Assembly: GCA_020536535.1 (NCBI GenBank)
Contig: JAHLWZ010000972.1
Coordinates: forward strand, 1 to 35,437
Direction: 5' to 3'
Length of the DNA stretch: 35,437 nucleotides
Origin: Pelomyxa schiedti
Lineage: Eukaryota; Protista; Evosea
Made by a program: the position numbers and the translations under genes. The notes beneath the pieces are model-generated. The model was not told where the DNA came from and did not search any database. It worked only from the letters and a program-made list of their open reading frames with translations. Below are positions 22,204-32,384 of this stretch, piece by piece (position 1 is the stretch's first letter; each line of letters starts with the position of its first letter).

Positions 22204-24863
22204 ATGTCGGGAGCTCCTGGTTCGGCCGATGTTATTCTGTTCGAGAGCGCTGCAGGTTATGCGTTGTTTGATGTAGTCGAGGCAGAGCAGATCGGCGCCA
22301 ACGCCCCTACACACCTTGCAAGTATGGACGATTACGCAAGGTTCGCGCGCTTGGTTCATTTGCGAGCAATGATGCCATTCAAGTCATCCGAGGACGCTCT
22401 TGACAATATCAATGCTATTTCCGAAGGTTAACACTCGCGCGTTGTGTTTGTGTTTGTGTTCATCGCTCTGCAGGAGCATTGCCCCAGACGTTGTCCGTCT
22501 TTGTAGAAGCGAACGTTCCAACGGATCTAAAACTTGGAGTTTGCGAGGATAAACTAGCCTCCGCCATTCAGGTACTCGGCGAAACTCCAGGAAATGCCAT
22601 TCTAAATAAATACAGGATGCTTTCGGAATTCAGTGCATGAAGGGAAAACAAGTTCTAGAGCTCACCCGAGGGATCCGCTTGCACTTTGAGAAATTCGTCC
22701 GAGAATTTAAGGTATCAAAAAAGTGTGATTTGTTTCTCACTCTGCACCAGCCAGGAGATGTCGCCAAAGCCCAACTGGGTCTTGGCCACAGTTACAGTCG
22801 GAGCAAAGTCAAATTCAATGTGAACCGAGCTGACAATATGGTCATTCAGGCAATTTGTCTGCTGGATCAGCTCGATAAAGATGTCAATACGTTCTCTATG
22901 AGAATAAGGTAGAATATCTTTTTTTTTTGTTCCCTTGTAACAGCTGTTTAGGGAATGGTACTCTTGGCACTTCCCGGAACTGGTTTCTATTGTTCCAGAC
23001 AATTACACATTTGCTCGCTGCGCAAAGCTTATAAGCAACAAAGCTAACTTGACTGATGCTCTTCTACCAGTATCATGATTTACCTCTTTCTAAAGAAATG
23101 ACCTAGCACAGAAAATTGTGGAAATAACCGAAGACGAATCCAAGGCCACCCAAATAATGGAGGCAGCAAAGTCGTCAATGGGTAAATATTCTTGACATAT
23201 ATCGGACCTTACATTTTTCCAGGGTTCGAAATTTCTGAGTTGGATATGATGAGCATAAGACAGTTTGCAGATAGGGTGATTCACTTATCTGAGTACCGTG
23301 TGAAATTGTTCAACTATCTTGCCAAGAAGATGCATGATATCGCTCCCAATCTGTCTGCCCTCATTGGTACCTTCATGAGAGCACGTCCTAAGCCCCCACT
23401 TATTGTCGCTAGGTGAGGTTGTTGGAGCACGTCTTATTTCACGTGCTGGAAGCTTGACTAATTTGGCTAAATACCCTGCCTCTACTGTCCAAATTCTTGG
23501 TGCTGAAAAAGCGTTGTTCCGGTAAGTATAAAGTGTGAGACAGACCTGCTCTGACTTTTTTTTTCAGTGCTCTCAAGTCTCGTGGAAATACACCCAAGTA
23601 TGGTCTCATCTACCACTCGTCGTTTATTGGGAAGGCCTCAGCCAGAAACAAAGGGCGAATTTCTCGCTATCTAGCCAACAAAACTTCTATTGCCTCCCGC
23701 ATTGATAGTTTTTCAGGTACCGCCTATCTTCTCCCGCCTATCTCTTCTTACAAGTCGTAGAAACACAGACATCTAAATTCGGAGAGATGCTCCATTCTCA
23801 AGTTGAGGAGCGCTTGAAGTTCTATGACACTGGTGTAACTCCCCGCAAGAATATTGCTTGCATGAAGGCAGTTGTTGAAGAGCTTTCAACTGAAGGTTAA
23901 ATCTTTGTTTTTGCACAAGGTTGTAAATATTCCCTAGATGTTGCAGAATCTGTTCCAAATCCCAAGCGAAAAGCAACCCCAAAGAAGCCTACCAAGGTTA
24001 AGGAAGCGATGGAAGTTGATGAACAACAGGAAGAAGCTGTTCCGGCTGAAGAAGCTGCTCCAGAAGAAGCTCCAGCTGAGGAGGAAGAAAAACCCAAGGT
24101 GCCAGCAAAGAAACCCGCCGCCAAAGCAGTACCTGCAAAGACTGCACCCACTAAGGCAGCCCCCGCTAAGGCTCCAGCGAAACCAGCTCCAGCTAAGACG
24201 GCACCCAAGGCACCTGCGAAGGCAACAACAAAAACGCCAACCAAGCCTAAAGTAGAGACCCCGCAACCAGTCGAAGAGACTGAGGAAGCGATGACCGAAG
24301 AGGCTGTCCCAGAAGAACCGGTTGAAGAGGCACCAGTGGAGGAAGCCGCAGAAGAAGCCGTTGTGGAAGAGCAGGCCGAAGAGGAAGCACCACCCCCAAA
24401 GAAAACTCCTCTTAAGAAACCAGCAACCGCACCCGCAACCCCTAAAACCACAACCACCCCCAAAGCAGCACTAAAACCTGCCACCACCACCCCCAAACCA
24501 GCCGCTGCCGCAAAGCCGGCCGCTACCACACCCAAGCCAGCCCCCACCAAAGCCACAACCACAACCACACCCAAACCCACAACACCAAAAGCCACACCCG
24601 CTTCTACCCCCAAAGCAACAACCACACCCAAACCAACCACCCCTAAAGCAGTTGCCCCCAAAACAACAACAACAACAACAACAACAACCCCAGCCAAATC
24701 ACCCGCTTCCAAAGCAGTACCAGCCAAGCCAGCCGCAGTCAAAGCAACTACACCCAAGGTAGCACCAAAGAAGGCTATTCCCCCACCCGAGGAGGAAGCT
24801 GTAATGGAGGAGGTTGCTGAAGAAGTAGCTGAGGAGCCTGTTGAAGGTGCCGAGCAAGAGTAA
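22204..24863 (+). CDS. NOP56: Nucleolar protein 56 (box C/D snoRNP core)
   Basis: [124 protein letters not shown]. The [12 protein letters not shown] motif favours Nop56 over Nop58. Confidence 0.95.
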
Positions 24864-25047
24864 AGCTCTTTCTGTCGCCGTTCCAGTAAAAAACAAAAAA
24901 ATATGTCTCTCTTTTGGCTACATATGTTTGTTCTTGTTGACTTCGCTTTCGAGTTGGACGTTGTTTCAAAGTGTGTAGTCGAGCGCGTCTCCAAAGCAGT
25001 CTCAGTTGCAATCAGTCGCGAATCTGCAGACCATTACGGAAAAAAAA

Positions 25048-27276
25048 ATGCCCAAGGGAGGCAACAAAGGTGGCAACAAGCACGGCGGCAACAAGGGCAA
25101 AGCCAAGCAACAAAAGCCCAAGCCTAAGACAACCCCGAAGCCACACGATGCCGCCACATCCGCGGAGAAACCGGTAGAGACGCCTGCACCGGCCACAACA
25201 CCAACAGCCACGACCACGGTGGTGCCGCAAGAGGCGGTGGCAACAACCACCACGAGCACTACTACTGCCACTACAACAGAAACAACAACCCCAGGCAACG
25301 ATACGACCAACCAAACAGCGGCGCCTGTTGTCCCTGAACCTACTCCTATTCCTACCACTGGTATTTTTCCCTTTCCCTTTCCTTTTTTTTTTTTTTTTTT
25401 TTTTCTAAAATATGTGACTAGAGCCCGCAAGCGGGGAGACTAGGTTTGTAAGTGTTTGTAAGTGGTAACAATAACTCAAACACAGTCAAGTGACAACTGA
25501 AGCCTCTAGCACGACAACTTCTCCCAAGAATTCTGGAGGAAAACCCAACCAGCCAAAGCAGAAGGGCAAAAAAAAGGGTGCTGCAGCCCCTTCTCAAGCT
25601 GATAATACAGCTTCCGCAGTTGCCTCAGTACACTCCCCAAATGAGCCAATTGTTGTTGCGCCTGTGAAAGCGAAGGAGTACCTTCCCGACACAATGCATG
25701 ACAAACTTCTAAGTTCATGTGGGAAAAACGCCTCTGGGGAGACTGTCTCCACGTCAACCGCAAAGTATGATTTTTGGAAAACTCAACCTGTTCCTGGGTT
25801 AGGTTTGTTACTTCGCATTTTCCACATTTCTAACGCCGATCATAGGCGCAAAAATCTCAGCTGATTTCAACCATCCCATTGAGGCAGATAGCAGACCCGA
25901 AGATGTACCTAAAACTCCTGTTACTCTTCCTCCAGGCTATCATTTTTGTGTTGAAGAAGTAAATGATGATGCGAACGTATGTTTGTGGAATTTTCTGTAC
26001 TTATCTGACAGCAAAAAAGATAAAAGAAATTTACCTCCTACTAAATGGCAACTATGTTGAAGATGAGGACTGTATGTTCCGGTTCGACTATAGTGTGGAG
26101 TTCTTAAGATGGTACCTATTTCATTTTTTTCTTCTTTTAGATTTTACAACTTCGCTAGGGCCCTTACTCCTCCTGGTTATTTCAAGGATTGGCACGTTGG
26201 AATAAGGGATGACACAAACAATGTGCTGTATGGGTTCATCACTGGAATTCCAGCTACAATCAGAGTCTACGATCGGTACATCAAACCCCCGCAATCGCTG
26301 CTCATAAAGATTTTCACAGTATTGTCCGACTGGCGGAGATCAACTTTTTGTGTGTTCATAAGTCCTTACGTACACAGCGCCTTGCCCCAATCCTCATCCA
26401 GGAGGTAACGAGACGTGTACACTTGCAGGGGTATCTTTTGAACTCCCAAGCCACTTTGCACTCACCACCTGCAGTATGTTCCAGGCCGTTTACACTGCTG
26501 GAGTCGTTCTTCCTAATCCCGTTGCAAGTTGCAGCTATTGGCACCGCAGCTTGAATCCTTCCAAATTGGTTGACGTGGGTTTCTCCGGCCTGGGTACAAG
26601 GATGACAATGTCCCGTTTACTAAAGCTTAACAAATTACCTGATGTATGTATCAACACTCCCATCCTATTGCTTGTAAATATTTTTGTAGCACACAAGTAC
26701 TCCCGGCCTCCGTGAGATGCGGAGAGAAGATGTACCTGCTGTAGGAATAATGCTTGCCAAATACCTAAGCAAGTTCGGGCTCACGCCCCTCTTTTCAGAA
26801 GAAGATATTGCTCATTGGTTCGTGCCAAGAACGAGAGTTGTCAACTCTTATGTCGTTCAGGTAAAATTCATCTTAAGGCTGGGAAGTACAGTAATACCGT
26901 ACTAGGGTAAATCTGGTTTGACTGGCTTTGCAAGCTTTTATACATTGCCTTCATCTGTGCTGGGGCACCCTCGCCACAGTACCCTCATGGCCGCATACTC
27001 GTTTTATAACGTAAATACTTCTGGACCACTGTCGAACCTCGTATCTGACGCTCTCATCTTGGCCAAGAAGGTACGCAACTCACCCACCAAACTTTCCACC
27101 ACTCACACACTTCGTAGGCCGGTTTTGATGTATTCAACTGCCTCGACGTAATGGAGAACGAGACTTTCCTCAAGGAGCTCAAGTTTGGCATTGGTGATGG
27201 TAGACTCCAGTACTACCTCTTTAACTGGGCCTGCCGCGGCATGCAACCAAAGGACATCGGCCTCGTCTTGCTCTAA
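25048..27276 (+). CDS. NMT: Glycylpeptide N-tetradecanoyltransferase (N-myristoyltransferase) with long K-rich/T-rich N-terminal extension
   Basis: [48 protein letters not shown]...[67 protein letters not shown], and the terminal IGLVLL*. Confidence 0.96.
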
Positions 27277-27338
27277 ACCTTGCAAAAAATTTCAGAAACA
27301 TTTTTCGTTTCGCTACGTTTTTGTTTCCTGAAAGGAAG

Positions 27339-28279
27339 ATGACAGCAGTAGGAGGCACACCATCGACTACAACCTCTGCATCTGCAAGCACACCGTCTGT
27401 GACGCCGTCATATGCGTCTGTGGTGAGCAACGGGGCACACCCTGGTAGCGCGTCGTGGGTGCCGTCGGAACAACAGAAGCGGTTCTTGGTGGATATGGTG
27501 AGGGAGGCTGCTCAGGGGTTCTTGGATAGGAAGAAGGCCAAGGGTGCTGTTACAGACCACACTTACTGGACCAGTGCGGCCAGGGTATGACTGCTGATGT
27601 GGAGAGTGGGGAGTTAATTCATTTGCACACAGGAATTAGGTCTAGATTTTAGGTGTGGTGGCGTTTTTGTCACATATGAAACCCGTGGTGGGGATTTGCG
27701 GGGCTGTATTGGGCAGTTCAACCCCGATGAACCTTTATACCAAGTACTCACACCAACTTCCATTATGGAGGGAACCTAACCTACCCTTTTTTAATCCATG
27801 TAGGTTGTTCTATCGAGAGCACTGTCGGCAGTTACGGACAGCAGATTTACCTGGGACCCCATAACTGCTAGCGAATTTCGGTTTTATTCCCCTCTCCAAG
27901 CAGTTATATATTTCAAATTAAATAAATAATATAAATCTAATGCTTGTCTTAAACAGAAATTCTATCAACATTACAGTCTCTATACTCACTCCGCCAGTGA
28001 CAATCAAAAATCCCCTCGAGGAAGTTAAAGTTGGAGTGCATGGGATTATTGTGAGCAAGGACGGCCACAGGGGCACTTACCTCCCTGAGGTACCTACTAT
28101 GTCTAGCTGATACAGCCAACCCTCTCTAGGTTGCTACTGAGAATAACTGGGATGTTAAAACATTCGTTACACATTGTGCCAACCGCAAAGCTGGTATCTC
28201 TGGTGATGTACTTCGCGATCCCGGTGTCCACTGGGAGACATACACAACAATAGCCATTTCCGAGAAGGACCTACACTAG
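27339..28279 (+). CDS. AMMECR1: AMMECR1-domain protein
   Basis: Four introns; spliced GVFVTY...DLRGCIGQF, DSRF...PI, VSILTP, VGVHGIIV, GTYLPEVATENNWD, RKAGI. LRGCIG is the family signature. Confidence 0.9.
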
Positions 28280-28435
28280 TACACAAATGAAAATGTATCA
28301 ATACATACAACCCGCACTACAGTGTTTACTCAAGCTTTGTTATGTTGTGGGATGAATAACCACCAACGCCGTTTATCCTGAATCGTGTCTGGGCCATTCA
28401 GAGAACAGAAAAGCAAAAAAAAATCAGAGCGGTTT

Positions 28436-31400
28436 ATGAGTAGCATTGGGGTGGTTACGTACACAGTGGGTGTGGTGTCGGGGCGTAATCTGGTAGGAGA
28501 AGGTGGTGGTAGAAACGCCTTTGCCGAAGTGCATCTCTTGGACTCGGCTGGGACCAAATTACTGAGGAAAACAACTGACGTTGTAAAGGTATGGGGGTTG
28601 TTGGTTTTTTTCCTCCTTGCTTGTTCTTGCCTCATTTCTGACCAGAACACTTTAAATCCGTCCTGGAATGCCACGCTAGAGTTCACTTCCAAAGAGAATA
28701 TAACGGGTTTGAGTGTCAACGTTGAGTTAGTTATTTTTCTTTATTTCCATTGACACCTGTTATTTAGGTGTGGGATCACAGAATTTTTTCGAAGAATAAG
28801 CACCTGGGGGTCGTTACTATAAAATTTGACAAGGCAATGTATCTGTGCTGTTTATTTTAATCATACTTTTTACATTGTCCACAGTATCGGAAATACTCCA
28901 ATTACGGGGTGGTTTACACTCCAACAGCGTTCCTCTTCAGAGCAAGTCAGTGGAGATGTGCAGCTTAACGTTACGTGCTCTTATAAACCAGCAGTATCCC
29001 CAACAGTCGTCACTAGTACTTCTAGTACAACGTCCACTACATCAACTTCAACCTCAACAACGCCAGTGGCTCCATCAGTGACATCAACACCATCTACTTC
29101 AACAGCACCCGCTGCAACCTCAGCCACAAAGCCAGACACGACGCCAGTAGCTCCATCAGTGGCATCCTCCACAACACCACCCGCAACAACGGGACCAGAC
29201 ACAACATCAGCCACAAAGCCAGACACGACACAAGCTACACCAACGCCATCCACAGCAGCATCGGGGACAACAGCATCAGCGGCAACTTCCATTGCACCAT
29301 CCACAACTGGGGGCGCAACTCCCGACACAACTCCAACCACAGTGGTAACACCAAGCACAACTCCATCTACGGCCGCCGCGACAGTTACCCCTCCCGATAA
29401 AACAACACCCCTTTCGGCAGAGATACCAAAAACTACCCCTTCCACCCCTACAACCCCACCTCCAACAATGACCCCAACCGCGGACCCACAGATAACTTCT
29501 ACCACACCTGAACTAACACCAAGTGCATCTGCAGCTGACAATACTCCTGGGAAGGCGGGAAAGCCTCTTCAAAATTATCTCAAATCTTCCTCGCAGTGGA
29601 GCGCCAAAGATGGGGAACTAAAAGTACGTATGAAACGATGAAAAGTGATTTAACTTATCACAGCGCTCTGGTTTCGTCGTTGTCGATGAAGATGTTGTCG
29701 ACGAGGAAGAGGATGACGATCCAGTGGCCCCAACAACTAGTAGTACATCTTGGAAGGCAGTATTGGCAGAAATAATTGAAATCAACAAAGCAACAAAGGA
29801 TTCTCTTATTACGGGAATAGAGAGGGAAGATGAAAATGTTGTGATTACCATGAAAGCCCCTGGAGGTATGAGTACCAAGAAAGCTTCGCTAACTATGGTG
29901 CAGTAACTGAGAAAGAATCCATTACCCTGATAATCCCTGAAGAATACCCACGGGGGGAGTACTACATTATGGGTCCAGAGGGTTGTGAGTAAGCTCCTAT
30001 TAGTAAATATATGGAATACCAACAACAAAACAGATTTTTAGGAGTTGGCTCCTTGAAGCCAATTTTTTCCAAAGTAGTAACCAATTTTGCTAAGGTACTT
30101 CTTTCACTTAAAGAAAATTGAGCCAATTTTTACTGAAGCAACACAATGTCAAACCCTGCCCAGTGTTCGAAACGGAGACCGAAAGATCTAAAATGAAGGA
30201 ATCTACACTTCCGGGAGATGGTTTCTCTTACACTCGACAAACAAATATACTCACCAATAAAGATGACGCCGAGGATGAATTTGCTGCAAGAGAGGGTTTG
30301 GCAGAGGCTAAGGCCTATGTTACTAGCTGTCTTCCCTTTATGCCCCCACGTTCGGGTCTTACATATTCCATGATCTCAGATACACTCTACGGTTGAGACG
30401 AGCAAATTTATGAAAATTTGGCTAATGCACGTTAGTCCGTTGCAGCTTCTCCGTTGATGATTTTGTCGATCCAAATACTGCTACGAGCTGGGGATTGGTA
30501 TCAACAAAACCCATTGCCATAGAATTTGAGCTTGAGCCTCCCTATTACTTCCAGGTTCAAATCCTTTCCTTTCAAGCAAGTGTAATCCTTGTAGTCTACT
30601 ATTCTTCCGCGGGTTACTGAATTTCAATTTGATAGGAACAATGGTGAGATTTCCAGCTTCGGTCTCCAATGGCAAGTAAGCTTATGTAAGAGTTTTATTA
30701 ACCCCAACAGGTATCTCCATAATCGGCTGGACAAGTTTTTACGTGATGCCAACTGGCCACCTGTTGCTTCTAACAAAGAGCTCTTTGCAAACGTTGTGAG
30801 GTTTTGTAGTGACAAAGTGTATACATGTAGGACCGTTAACCAAAAAGTGTTTCTAAAACTCTTTCAGGTACACAGAGATGTCAAATATGTGACAAATTAC
30901 TGGATGTAGAAATGCTCAAACCCGCAGTTTGCGATTCTGCACTGTGTGTGTACAGCCACATGCAGTACGGACTTGGTGAAGATGTAGCCGCGATGGTTCC
31001 ATCCCTTTTCTTTCTTTTTTTAGCTTACTTCAAAAGATTCTTCATCACCCTCTTGAGACAGATCTCCTCATCTCTCTGACATGTGCTGCTGCTGCAGGAA
31101 CCGATACAAAACGGTTCAACCCGTTTCCTTCGGCGTTAGAGGTAAAACTCTCAGCAGAGGATGCAGCTCCCTGGATATCAACCTCCTTGGCATCATCTTC
31201 AACAGCTTCTACAACTGGTGCTAGCACTGCTAGCGGCTCCATAGTTGCAATGAATTTTTTGACGGCCACAGGCACAAATGATGCCTCCAAAGTCAAAACG
31301 GTGATCGAAACCATACCTCCGGTTTCTGAGCTGCAGGTTGGTTTGGGGCGGGAGATCAATGCTCCACACTAACCTCACATCTTTATTCACAAAGAGATAT

Positions 31401-32306
31401 CCAGATGCATCATCGCTGAAGAGATTTCTCGATACGTAAAAACTCAGCTTAGTACTAATGAATCTAATCTATCCAAGGAAACACCCTCTTGCCTTCATCT
31501 TACTACGTTGGATTCTCTCCTCCAACCTTTCTCACCTTGAACTTATACCGGCGGCTCAGCAATATGCCGAGTTGAAATGCCCTTATCAGTTCATGCTTCT
31601 ATCGGCACCTCCTGGTAACTAATTATTCTTTCCACATTACCTAACATGGATAGCCAAGGAAAAAAATTTCCGGGAACTGGCCAAGAAGCACGGGTCCGTT
31701 TTCCCAATTTATGTCTTTTTTTTTAATTTGTGGCAGGTCTTTCTTTACATTTCATGGCAGTGCAATGTACAACTGGCACTCCATCCTAAGGTAAACTTCC
31801 TGAATATTCCTCGGTCTCACCATTGTGTCTGAAGAAATGGTTTAAAGAATTATTCAAACACGGAATTCATGTCTTGTGGAGCAGCTTATGGAGCCGGAAT
31901 TTATATGGTAACAGAACCGTTCACAGAAGACCAGCTAACTAAGTAAAGGGAGTTGACTTCTCCACATCACAAGGTTACCTGCGGGCAGGTTCCGCCTGGT
32001 CAAACTCTGTTTTCAATGGTGGGAACAGGTCGGTTTCCTACAATTGCATGTGTTTATGTGAAGTCATCAATGCTGGGTACAAGGCTAATGTACGCTTATT
32101 TCTTACCTTTACTCATTCATTCACTTACATCCTCTCAGCCATTCTACGTAGTTCCTGAAGGTTTATTTTTCTCTTCTCTTATTTGTAAACTTAATACAAC
32201 TGCAGAGAAACATGTTATGACACGCATGTTTATGATTTACAACTCCAGCATGCCCTTCCCCCAACTTCAAGCCAACTCTATGAAGTTGAAAAAGGCCAGT
32301 GAATAA
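28436..32306 (+). CDS. C2 domain + Thr/Pro-rich linker + PARP6/8-like mono-ADP-ribosyltransferase
   Basis: C2: VVSGRNL, NTLNPSWN, VWDH, KHLG, GWFTLQ...VSGDVQL. PARP6/8-like: FGLQW, MLKPAVCDSALCVY, DLLISL, FNPFP, FHGSAMYNWHSILRNGL, GAAYGAGIY, FYVVPEEKHVMTRMFMIY. Confidence 0.85.
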
Positions 32307-32384
32307 ATACACAAAGAAATGAATTGTAGGGTTGTTACTGTAATAATTTGGTCAAAAGACTACAACTACACAACACACATCAAG

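Noticed and set aside
22429-23938. Intron-encoded box C/D snoRNAs in NOP56 (as in vertebrates)
   Set aside because: The introns are only about 40-50 nt and no paired C (RUGAUGA) and D (CUGA) boxes with a terminal stem were seen.
23897-24994. 365-aa hydrophobic minus-strand ORF resembling a membrane protein
   Set aside because: It is the antisense shadow of the low-complexity P/A/K/T/E tail of NOP56.
28981-29541. 186-aa Val/Gly-rich minus-strand ORF
   Set aside because: It is the antisense shadow of the Thr/Pro linker of the C2-PARP gene.
18264-32306. Operon-like or defence-island reading of six co-oriented genes including SIR2 and an ADP-ribosyltransferase
   Set aside because: These are intron-containing eukaryotic genes mixed with housekeeping NOP56 and NMT. 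The sirtuin is SIRT6/7-like rather than a Thoeris/DSR type, and there is no evidence of functional clustering.
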